A stretch of 64,000 nt of DNA from Gordonia sp. (in: high G+C Gram-positive bacteria) (lineage in GTDB: Bacteria > Actinomycetota > Actinomycetes > Mycobacteriales > Mycobacteriaceae), in the NCBI RefSeq assembly GCF_047606305.1, contig NZ_JASGER010000051.1:6787-70786 (forward strand), written 5' to 3'. The notes below the pieces were generated by a model that saw only the letters and a list, made by a program, of their open reading frames with translations, had not been told where the DNA came from and searched no databases. The translations under genes were made by a program, and so were the position numbers. The first letter of the stretch is position 1, and each line of letters opens with the position of its first letter. Shown in pieces: positions 55,299 to 63,091 of the stretch.

Positions 55299-56152
55299 GC
55301 GTTCTCCAGACGCTCGTGGGCCACTTCTTCAAACACGGTCATCGAGGCGCGGTAGGGCTCCGTCTCCCGCGGCCAGGCGACGAGGAAGTCGGTAAAACCG
55401 AGCTCGCGGGTCCGGCCGACCACCTCGTCGAAGGCCGTCAGACCCTCGAGCGGGTTCAGCGGGCTCATCGCGCCGGACACGTAGCGGGGAAAGTCGGGCT
55501 TTGCCCCGTCGAGCGTTGCCTCGAGAACATCGGCACTGCGCCGCAGGCCGTCGATCCACGACTCGAAGTCGTCGGTCACGGTGCCCGGCGTGATCCAACC
55601 GTCGCCGTGCTGGGCGGCGAAGCGCACCGACCGCGGTCCGGTCCCGGCGAGCAGGAGCGGGACGCGGTCGCGCACGGAGCCGGCGGGCAGTCTCATGTCG
55701 CGGGCGCGGTAGTACTCGCCGTCGAAGTCGACGTGGTCGTCGCGGAGCACCAGGTCGAGCAGCGTCGTGAACTCCTGGAACCGGTCGACGGTTTGCCTCG
55801 GCGTCATCGGTTCCTGACCGAGTACGCCGTTGTCCGGGGAACCGCCGGAGCCGAGACCGGCCAAGAACCTGTCACCGGAGATGTCGACGAGCGTCTCGAT
55901 CTCCCGGGACAGCGGCACCGGATGGCGGAAGTTGGGCGAGATGACGAATGATCCGAGGCACATCCGGTCGGTGACCGTCGCCGCTGCCGTGAGCGTGGGG
56001 AGGCAGGAGAACCACTGCGAATCGGGGAGGCCGCCCCACACCACGTGATCGAAGGTCCAGGCGTGGTCGAAACCCATCTCCTCGGCGCGGCGCCACCTGC
56101 GCGACGAGGACGCCCACGGTTCGTCGGGAAGGATGAACACTCCGAAGCGCAT
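55295..56152 (-). CDS. LLM-class flavin-dependent oxidoreductase
   Basis: GFDHAWTFDH, SPNFRHP, AGLGSG, AGTGP; TAGGAT-N6-ATG. Confidence 0.88.
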   Translation of the reverse strand: MRFGVFILPDEPWASSSRRWRRAEEMGFDHAWTFDHVVWGGLPDSQWFSCLPTLTAAATVTDRMCLGSFVISPNFRHPVPLSREIETLVDISGDRFLAGLGSGGSPDNGVLGQEPMTPRQTVDRFQEFTTLLDLVLRDDHVDFDGEYYRARDMRLPAGSVRDRVPLLLAGTGPRSVRFAAQHGDGWITPGTVTDDFESWIDGLRRSADVLEATLDGAKPDFPRYVSGAMSPLNPLEGLTAFDEVVGRTRELGFTDFLVAWPRETEPYRASMTVFEEVAHERLENA

Positions 56153-56213
56153 GCGGCCATCCTAGGGAAGCCCGCACTAGTATGTGATCGCGGACACGTC
56201 CGAAAGGAACGCC

Positions 56214-56852
56214 ATGAACGTGATTGGACATCGCCGATCGATCGGCATCGTTGTCGGCCTGGGCGCCGTCGCCCTGCTCGGGGCGGGCTGTGCCAGCGAG
56301 ACGGCGACGGCTCCGACGTCGTCGCAAGCGGGCGGGTACGACGGCGGCCCGTCGAGCGCGTACTACTCGGCGGCCTCGTCGTCGGCACCCGCGTGGCCGG
56401 CTCGCCCGGTCCGCCTGAAGGCTGCCGACGGCACCCCGGTCATCCTGATCGGACCGATCGCCGCCAAGTACACCCACGCGACGCCCGCCCAGAAGAAGGA
56501 CCTCGGCCTTCCGCTGAGCGGCGATCACAACTCGGGTAAACGCGCCAACGGCCTGGTGTTCCAACAGTTCAAGGGTGGTGTCATCACCGCCCGCAACGGT
56601 CATGCGGGCACGCCGGCCTACATCACCTGGGGCAAGATCCGCGACGCCTGGAATGTCGAGCGGGCGCCGGACGGCACGCCGTCGGTCAACGGCAAGAACG
56701 GCTCGGCCGGTCCGCTCGGCATGGCGACCAGCGACGAGATCACCAAGGGTGATCTGAAGGAGTCGACGTTCGCGCACGGCACGATTACGTACAACACGGT
56801 CACCCACAAGGTCACCGTGAAGGTCAACGGCAAGGTCGTCCCGACCAAGTAG
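56214..56852 (+). CDS. Lipoprotein with LGFP-like repeats
   Basis: Lipobox LGAG-C; DLGLPLS..QQFKGGVI and GPLGMATSDE..TFAHGTI repeats; AAGGA RBS. Confidence 0.8.
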   Translation: MNVIGHRRSIGIVVGLGAVALLGAGCASETATAPTSSQAGGYDGGPSSAYYSAASSSAPAWPARPVRLKAADGTPVILIGPIAAKYTHATPAQKKDLGLPLSGDHNSGKRANGLVFQQFKGGVITARNGHAGTPAYITWGKIRDAWNVERAPDGTPSVNGKNGSAGPLGMATSDEITKGDLKESTFAHGTITYNTVTHKVTVKVNGKVVPTK

Positions 56853-56859
56853 CCCGGTC

Positions 56860-58209
56860 TCAGGCCAGCGCGGACAGCACTTCCCGCGCGGCCGCGCGAC
56901 CGGAACGCACGGCGCCCTCCATGTAGCCGTTCCATTCGACGGCGTACTCGGCACCGGCCCAGTGGATGGCGGCGATGGGTTCGCGCAGCGCCGGTCCGAA
57001 GCCGGTCCAGACTCCGGGGGCGAAGTGTGCGCCGTAGCAACCGCGGGTGAACTCTTCGGTGCTCCAGTCCTTCTCGACGTAGGACATCGGTGAGGTCGCA
57101 CGATCGCCGAAGTACCGGGTGAAACAACCGATGACGTCGTCCCGGCGCTGTACGTCGTCCTGACGTTGCCACCGCAGCGCATCGGCACCCTCGACGAAGC
57201 CGAGGAGGACGCCGATCGAACCGTCCGGTGGCGACACGTCGAAGGTCACCTTGACCGGGCCGCGATCGGAGACGGCCTGTCCGTTCAGGCCGTCGTCGCG
57301 CCAGAACGGCGTCGAATAGGACGCGAAGCACTTGGCCACGGATCCGGCGGGCAGGCGCTGGGTCAGCTGGTCGCGCCACGGTGGCAGGGCCGGTTCGTAT
57401 TCGATTCGACCAGCCAAGGTCGGGGGGATGGCGACGATGACGCGACGTGCTGTGAAGGTGTTCCCGTCACGAAGTGTCACAGTGACGGAATCCGTGGTCC
57501 GGCTGATCGTGCGCACGGGGGAGCGGAACCGTATGTCGAGGTCCGCGGCGAGTCGTTCGGCAACCAAGACGGACCCGCCGACGACGCGGTCCTGCTGCGC
57601 GCCGCGATCGACGGAGACCAGGGTCTCCAGGTCGGCATTGGCCGCGGTGTAGAACAGCGCATGCAACAAGGAGAAGTCGGAGGCGTCGGCGGCATAGACG
57701 GCCTCCGCGGTGATGCGGAAGTAGGCGCGACCGGCCTCGGTGCGCAGATTCCGTCGGATCCACGTCTCGTAGGTCTGCCCATCGAGGCGTGCCGCGTGTC
57801 GGTGCTCCCACGGCCGTGCCGGATCGACGCCGTCGGAGAGCCGTTTGAACCGCGTCAATCCCTGGAACAGGTCGGCCAGAGCGAACGGATTCAACTTCGG
57901 AATCGCGCCCTTCTTGCCGGACATGCGCGAGCGCCGGCCGCCCAGCTCGACGAGGAGTTGGCCCGCATCGTTCCACGTGCGGAAGCTCTCCAGACCCAGC
58001 CGGACGACGAGATCGTGCATCTCGGTGTGGCCCTCGCCGATCCATGTTCCGCCCAGCTCGATCGGCTGACCGTCGATCACGCCGCCCTCGAGCCGACCGC
58101 CGACACGGTCGCGCGCCTCGAGCACGACGACCGAGGAACCGGCCTCGGTCAGCGCATGCGCGGCGCTCAAGCCGGCCAACCCGGCACCGATGACGAGAAC
58201 ATCCGCCAT
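56860..58209 (-). CDS. Flavin monoamine oxidase family protein
   Basis: GAGLAGL, EARDRVGGR, ELGGTWIG, WAGAE, GYMEGAVRSG. Confidence 0.93.
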   Translation of the reverse strand: MADVLVIGAGLAGLSAAHALTEAGSSVVVLEARDRVGGRLEGGVIDGQPIELGGTWIGEGHTEMHDLVVRLGLESFRTWNDAGQLLVELGGRRSRMSGKKGAIPKLNPFALADLFQGLTRFKRLSDGVDPARPWEHRHAARLDGQTYETWIRRNLRTEAGRAYFRITAEAVYAADASDFSLLHALFYTAANADLETLVSVDRGAQQDRVVGGSVLVAERLAADLDIRFRSPVRTISRTTDSVTVTLRDGNTFTARRVIVAIPPTLAGRIEYEPALPPWRDQLTQRLPAGSVAKCFASYSTPFWRDDGLNGQAVSDRGPVKVTFDVSPPDGSIGVLLGFVEGADALRWQRQDDVQRRDDVIGCFTRYFGDRATSPMSYVEKDWSTEEFTRGCYGAHFAPGVWTGFGPALREPIAAIHWAGAEYAVEWNGYMEGAVRSGRAAAREVLSALA

Positions 58210-58487
58210 GTCGCCCACACTCCGATCTGATTCCGTTGAACCGAGCGTAGGTGTCTCGATGTGGAGGTGCATCTAATCGGTCTGATAGCCGACTATCGTC
58301 ACAGTGACGTTTCCGGGTGGGGTGGCTGGAACCGGGGAAGTCACCGAATCCATTGTCCTGCAGTAACTTTCGATGCCGTCCGCGATATTCCGAGTCGTTC
58401 GAGGCGCGTAATCATTGATCGGTCGGGAGTGCGTGCACCGATTGCCGGACGTGCGTTGCGACGGCGCGCACGAAAAGGCGGTGAGCC

Positions 58488-58543
58488 GGCTGAGTGTCGG
58501 TCAACGGCGACATGTGGGCTGAGTGTCGGTCAACGGCGACATG
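58488..58543 (+). repeat. Tandem 27-bp direct repeat (period 29)
   Basis: GGCTGAGTGTCGGTCAACGGCGACATG at 58488-58514 and 58517-58543, identical. Confidence 0.92.
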
Positions 58544-58578
58544 CGGCGACAAACCCTGTTCGTGCAGCACGGTCATAT

Positions 58579-58606
58579 TGTGCCGATAAGATACATTATG
58601 TCAACT
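58579..58606 (+). other. dif-like XerC/XerD recombination site
   Basis: TGTGCCGATAA-GATACA-TTATGTCAACT, 11-6-11 layout; matches E. coli dif GGTGCGCATAA-N6-TTATGTTAAAT and the recalled actinobacterial GCCGATAA...TTATGTCAA core. Confidence 0.86.
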
Positions 58607-58628
58607 AGGCCGGCGGACTATCGCCCCA

Positions 58629-58961
58629 TCACCGCGCAAGACCGAGGAAGGCCATCAACGCCCGTTCCAGTTCGACGGTCTGCTCGCTGGTGAGGCGCCC
58701 GACCCGCTCGTCCACATTCGAACGCCGCACCGCGGTCAGCTTGTCGATCATGATGTCGCTGTCCCGCTCGAGGCCGGAGATGAGCTCGCCGCCCCCGGCT
58801 ATCCGGATGCGGATCAGCGGCGCGTCGACCAGGGTGGTCGTGAGCGGCGCGACGATCACCGACCCGGTGGCGCTGAACGCGTCATCCTGGACGATGACTG
58901 CCGGCCGCGGCTTGGTCGCATACACCCCACCGGCCACCGTCCAGATCTCGCCCCGATTCAC
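58629..58961 (-). CDS. mazF: PemK/MazF-family toxin (endoribonuclease)
   Basis: RGEIW, KPRPAVIVQ, VIVAPLT, SDIMIDKL..VRR; GTGA overlap with antitoxin. Confidence 0.92.
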   Translation of the reverse strand: MNRGEIWTVAGGVYATKPRPAVIVQDDAFSATGSVIVAPLTTTLVDAPLIRIRIAGGGELISGLERDSDIMIDKLTAVRRSNVDERVGRLTSEQTVELERALMAFLGLAR

Positions 58962-59167
58962 TCCCCGTCGTCCCAGTGCGCGGCGATCGACTCCACGAAG
59001 TCCTGCTCGTCGCGTTCAGTCTCTGAGCCCGCGACAATCGCGGACTGTCGGCGTGCCTGTGCGGCAAAGGCTTCGGTTCGCACATCGGGCACCCACATCT
59101 GCAGCGGACGCAAACCGCGCTCGCGCATCCGCCGCCGGTACTCCCCGACCCGATCCTTGACTGCCAT
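58958..59167 (-). CDS. MazE-like antitoxin (DUF3018-type)
   Basis: RVGEYRRRMRERGLRPLQMWVPDVR, acidic tail; directly upstream of toxin. Confidence 0.87.
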   Translation of the reverse strand: MAVKDRVGEYRRRMRERGLRPLQMWVPDVRTEAFAAQARRQSAIVAGSETERDEQDFVESIAAHWDDGE

Positions 59168-59176
59168 GTCACCGAT

Positions 59177-59205
59177 GTTACATGTAACGATGGGTTACAT
59201 GTAAC
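59177..59205. promoter_or_regulatory. Paired TA operator palindromes
   Basis: GTTACATGTAAC at 59177-59188 and 59194-59205; first overlaps minus-strand TAACAT-N7-ATG. Confidence 0.82.
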
Positions 59206-59322
59206 GCCCCGTGTGTTCGAACTGAATTCGGCGGACGCGATTCTTACCCCGACAAATCGGATCAAACGTGGTTACGGTGGAGTCAACCCCCGACCGTCGG
59301 GGTACGACAGAGGGAGATCATC

Positions 59323-59628
59323 ATGACTGCCATTGAAGCGACCACCGAGATTCTCGCCCGCTCGACCACGACCACCACCGTCGGCTGGTTCGGTTACATC
59401 GTCATCGGCGCGCTCGCGGGCTGGCTCGCCGGCAAGCTCGTCAAGGGTGGCGGGCAGGGCATCCTGCTGAACATCATCATCGGTATCGTCGGCGCCCTGC
59501 TGGGCGGCTGGATCCTCAGCTGGTTCGTCGACACCGCCTCGGGCGGCTGGTGGTTCACCTTCTTCACCGCGCTGGCCGGTTCGGTGATCCTGTTGTGGCT
59601 GCTGAGCCTGGTGACCAGTAAGCGCTGA
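59323..59628 (+). CDS. GlsB/YeaQ/YmgE-family stress membrane protein
   Basis: IGALAGWLAGKL, NIIIGIVGALLGG, ALAGSVILL. Confidence 0.9.
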   Translation: MTAIEATTEILARSTTTTTVGWFGYIVIGALAGWLAGKLVKGGGQGILLNIIIGIVGALLGGWILSWFVDTASGGWWFTFFTALAGSVILLWLLSLVTSKR

Positions 59629-59641
59629 CATCACGACTCCT

Positions 59642-59680
59642 CGAAACCGCCCATCGGATCTGATCTGATGGGCGGTTTCG
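59642..59680. terminator. Bidirectional terminator hairpin
   Basis: CGAAACCGCCCATCGGATC-T-GATCTGATGGGCGGTTTCG between convergent genes. Confidence 0.82.
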
Positions 59681-59688
59681 CTATACGG

Positions 59689-60072
59689 CTACTTCACCCA
59701 TTCGACGAGTTGGACGATGATTCCGTTCGGATCGGCGAATTGGCAGTATCGCTCGCCCCACGGTTCGGTCGTCGGCCTGGTGACCAGCTCGGCACCGTCC
59801 GCCTGCATCGCGGAGTAGGCCGAATCGACGTCGTCGACGACGAAGGCCAGCAGCAGTCCCTCCCCCGCGTCGCCCGCCCGGTGCGGCGGCTTGAAGCTGG
59901 GCAGGCCGGTCCGCAGAAAGATGATGTTCTCCCCCGCGCGGTCCGGATGCTCCAGGGATACGAATCCGTCGTCGGCCATGACCTCCCGGTAGCCGAGGTG
60001 GCGCCTGAAGAAGTCGGCCGACGACACGGGGTCGGCCACGTTGAGCGACACGGCCGTGGCGTTGATCTGCAT
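59689..60072 (-). CDS. VOC/glyoxalase/bleomycin-resistance-family protein
   Basis: SLNVAD...SADFF, LAFVVDDVD, TTEPWGERYCQFADPNG; AAGGAG RBS. Confidence 0.9.
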   Translation of the reverse strand: MQINATAVSLNVADPVSSADFFRRHLGYREVMADDGFVSLEHPDRAGENIIFLRTGLPSFKPPHRAGDAGEGLLLAFVVDDVDSAYSAMQADGAELVTRPTTEPWGERYCQFADPNGIIVQLVEWVK

Positions 60073-60084
60073 GGTGCTCCTTCG

Positions 60085-60147
60085 CGTATCTGGTACGGTT
60101 ATTATTACCCGTACGGCATACGGTAACACCTAATCGTACAGAATACG
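60085..60147. promoter_or_regulatory. Three phased CGTA-N5-TACG operators
   Basis: CGTATCTGGTACG 60085, CGTACGGCATACG 60110, CGTACAGAATACG 60135; exact 25-bp period. Confidence 0.8.
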
Positions 60148-60156
60148 AGAAAGCGG

Positions 60157-60891
60157 ATGATGGACACCATCGACCTTCTGTGGCGCAACGAGGTGCCCGC
60201 GAAACGGCGCGGTCGCCCTCCCCGGTTCTCGACCGATCAGGTCGTCGCCGCGGCGGTAGCCGTCGCGGATCGGGACGGATCCGGTTTCACACTGCGCGAT
60301 GTCGCCGCCGAGCTGGGGATCCCAGTGATGTCCCTCTACTCCTACGTCGACGGCCGTGAACAGTTGCTCGCGCTGATGGCCGACGACGTGCGTGCCGAGA
60401 TGCCCCGTGGCGAGCTGTCCGGTGATTGGCGCACCCGGCTGTCCGTGCTCGCCAACGACGACCTGCGTCTCTTCCTCGACCACCCTTGGCTGGCCGAACT
60501 CGAATCCGAGCGGGAGATCCTCGGTCCCGGCACCCTCGCCAAATACGAGCATGAACTGACCGTCGTCGATCCCCTCGACCTTCCGGACGTCGAGAAGGAC
60601 GCGGTCCTCACCCTCATCCACGACTTCGCCCGAGCGAACGCGCGTTCCATGGCTGCAGCACGCGTCGAGCGCGTCGAGGAGGACCCCCACGAGTGGTGGG
60701 AGCGTGAGGGCGCCAAGCTTGCGGTGCTCGGAATCGAGGCACGGTTCCCGTTGGCCACGCGAGTCGGCAGCGCCGCCGGCGAGGCCCAGGGTGCTGCACG
60801 GGATGCCGACGCCGCCTATCGATTCGGCCTCGACCTGATCCTGGACGGCATCGCCGCCCGCCTCGCCGCCTCCCCAACCACCTCAGACTGA
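60157..60891 (+). CDS. TetR/AcrR-family regulator with TetR_C-type C-terminus
   Basis: RGRPP, FTLRDVAAELGIPVMSLYSYV, FGLDLILDG. Confidence 0.92.
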   Translation: MMDTIDLLWRNEVPAKRRGRPPRFSTDQVVAAAVAVADRDGSGFTLRDVAAELGIPVMSLYSYVDGREQLLALMADDVRAEMPRGELSGDWRTRLSVLANDDLRLFLDHPWLAELESEREILGPGTLAKYEHELTVVDPLDLPDVEKDAVLTLIHDFARANARSMAAARVERVEEDPHEWWEREGAKLAVLGIEARFPLATRVGSAAGEAQGAARDADAAYRFGLDLILDGIAARLAASPTTSD

Positions 60892-60900
60892 TAGGTCCCC

Positions 60901-63087
60901 ATGTCCACTCCCCCCGTCCACCCGGCCGACTCGCACGACCTCATCCGCGTCGTGGGCGCCCGCGTGAACAACCTGCGCGACGTCAGCGTCGACCTCCCCA
61001 AGCGCCGCCTGACGGTATTCACCGGAGTCTCGGGGTCGGGCAAGAGCTCACTGGTGTTCGGCACCATCACCGACGTCAACGCGATGCTGCGGATCCTGTT
61101 CAGCCGATTGTCGACGCCGTACATCGGGGCGTCCAACGCCTTTTCGTTCAACGTCCCGTCCGTCGAGGGCTCCGGCGAAGCGGAGACGGCCAGTGGCAAG
61201 AAGACGTCGAAGACGTTCACCGTGCTCGGCGGCATGTGCCCGCGGTGCGAGGGCCTGGGCGCCGTCGCCGATATGGACCTGGACCAGCTGTACGACGACG
61301 CCAAGTCCTTGAACGAGGGCGCGCTCACCGTCCCCGGCTTCACCCCCGACGGTTGGTACGGGCGCACCTACTCCAAGAGCGGCTACTTCGACCCGGACAA
61401 GCCGATCAAGGACTTCACCGCCGCCGAGCTGGACGCGCTCCTGCACAAGGAACCCACTCGGATCAAGGTTGACGGGATCAACGTGACCTACGAAGGCCTG
61501 ATCCCGCGGATCCAGAAGTCGATGCTCGCCAAGGACATCGACTCGGTGCAGCCGCACATCCGGGCCTTCCTCGAACGGGCCGTCACCCAGACCACCTGCC
61601 CGGAGTGTGACGGCACCCGGTTGGCCGAGCCTGCCCGCACGGCGACGATCGCCGGGGTGAGCATCGCCGATGTGTGCCGGTACCAGATCACCGACGTCGC
61701 ACAGTGGCTCCGCACGATCGACGACCCGGCCGTCGCGCCCCTGATGGAGAGTCTGCGGGCGGCGGTCGACTCCTTCGTCGAGATCGGACTCGGCTACCTC
61801 AACCTGGAGCGCCCCACCGGGACGCTCTCCGGCGGCGAGGCCCAGCGCATCAAGATGATCCGGCACCTGGGTTCGTCGCTGACTGACATCACCTATGTCT
61901 TCGACGAGCCGACGGTCGGACTCCACCCCCACGACATCGCGCGCATGAACGATCTGCTGATCCGCTTGCGGGACAAGGGCAACACCGTCCTGGTGGTGGA
62001 GCACAAGCCCGAGGTCATCGCCATCGCCGACCACATCGTCGACCTGGGGCCGCGGGCGGGCTCGAACGGCGGACAGATCTGCTACGAGGGCGACATCGCG
62101 GGCCTGCGGGGCGCCGACACCCTCACCGGGCGACATCTGCACGACCGGGCGACGCTGAAGGACACCGTGCGGACGCCGACCGGGGCGCTCGAGGTGCGTG
62201 GTGCGGAGGAAAACAACCTGCGCGGCGTCGACGTCGACATCCCGCTGGGGGTCCTCGTAGCGATCACCGGCGTGGCCGGTTCCGGCAAGAGCTCGCTGAT
62301 CCATGGCTCGGTCTCCGGGCGCGACGGGGTGATCGCGATCGACCAGACGGCGATCCGCGGCTCCCGGCGCAGCAATCCGGCGACGTACACCGGTCTGCTC
62401 GATCCCATTCGCAAGGCCTTCGCCAAGGAGAACGGGGTCAAGCCGTCCCTCTTCAGCGCGAACTCCGAGGGCGCCTGCCCGACCTGCAAGGGGGCCGGGG
62501 TCATCTACACCGACCTGGTGACGATGGCCGGCGTAACGACGACGTGCGAGGACTGCGACGGCAAGCGATTCAGCCCCGATGTCCTGCACTACCGACTGGG
62601 CGGGCAGGACATCAGCGACGTCCTCGCCATGCCGGTCGAGCGGGCACGCGGGTTCTTCGGCGACGGGCCGGCCCGCACACCGGCCGCGGCGAAGATCCTG
62701 GCCCGCCTGGCCGACGTGGGCCTCGGCTACATCACCCTCGGGCAGCCGTTGACGACGCTGTCCGGCGGCGAGCGCCAACGGCTCAAGCTCGCCACGGCCA
62801 TGGCTGACAAGGCGCAGGTGTACGTCCTGGACGAACCCACCACCGGCCTGCACCTGGCGGATGTGCAACAGCTCCTCGGCATGCTCGACGGTCTCGTCGA
62901 GGCCGGGAAGTCGGTGATCGTGATCGAGCACCATCAGGCGGTGATGGCGCACGCCGACTGGGTGATCGACCTGGGTCCGGGTGCCGGTCATGATGGCGGA
63001 CGCGTGGTCTTCGAGGGCACGCCCCGGGCGATGGTGGACGCCGCGCAGACGGTGACCGGTCGTCACCTGGCCGATTACGTCGCGTAG
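60901..63087 (+). CDS. Class II UvrA-like (DrrC-type) ABC ATPase with apparent internal in-frame deletion
   Basis: Two Walker A (GVSGSGKS, GVAGSGKS), two LSGGE, DEPT Walker B, CxxC pairs; FGTI joined directly to TDVNAML. Confidence 0.88.
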   Translation: MSTPPVHPADSHDLIRVVGARVNNLRDVSVDLPKRRLTVFTGVSGSGKSSLVFGTITDVNAMLRILFSRLSTPYIGASNAFSFNVPSVEGSGEAETASGKKTSKTFTVLGGMCPRCEGLGAVADMDLDQLYDDAKSLNEGALTVPGFTPDGWYGRTYSKSGYFDPDKPIKDFTAAELDALLHKEPTRIKVDGINVTYEGLIPRIQKSMLAKDIDSVQPHIRAFLERAVTQTTCPECDGTRLAEPARTATIAGVSIADVCRYQITDVAQWLRTIDDPAVAPLMESLRAAVDSFVEIGLGYLNLERPTGTLSGGEAQRIKMIRHLGSSLTDITYVFDEPTVGLHPHDIARMNDLLIRLRDKGNTVLVVEHKPEVIAIADHIVDLGPRAGSNGGQICYEGDIAGLRGADTLTGRHLHDRATLKDTVRTPTGALEVRGAEENNLRGVDVDIPLGVLVAITGVAGSGKSSLIHGSVSGRDGVIAIDQTAIRGSRRSNPATYTGLLDPIRKAFAKENGVKPSLFSANSEGACPTCKGAGVIYTDLVTMAGVTTTCEDCDGKRFSPDVLHYRLGGQDISDVLAMPVERARGFFGDGPARTPAAAKILARLADVGLGYITLGQPLTTLSGGERQRLKLATAMADKAQVYVLDEPTTGLHLADVQQLLGMLDGLVEAGKSVIVIEHHQAVMAHADWVIDLGPGAGHDGGRVVFEGTPRAMVDAAQTVTGRHLADYVA

Positions 63088-63091
63088 CCGA

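Noticed and set aside
58488-58551. Possible mini-CRISPR
   Set aside because: Only two repeats with a 2-bp gap, no spacer and no cas genes
58261-58608. 115-aa ORF across the dif region
   Set aside because: Atypical composition, no motifs, runs through the repeat and dif; likely spurious
59208-59288. Search for a second dif closing a module around mazEF
   Set aside because: Best candidates match one arm at only 6-7/11 with no partner arm
59270-59310. SigF-type promoter for the stress membrane gene
   Set aside because: GGGTA is present but there is no GTTT at the required spacing
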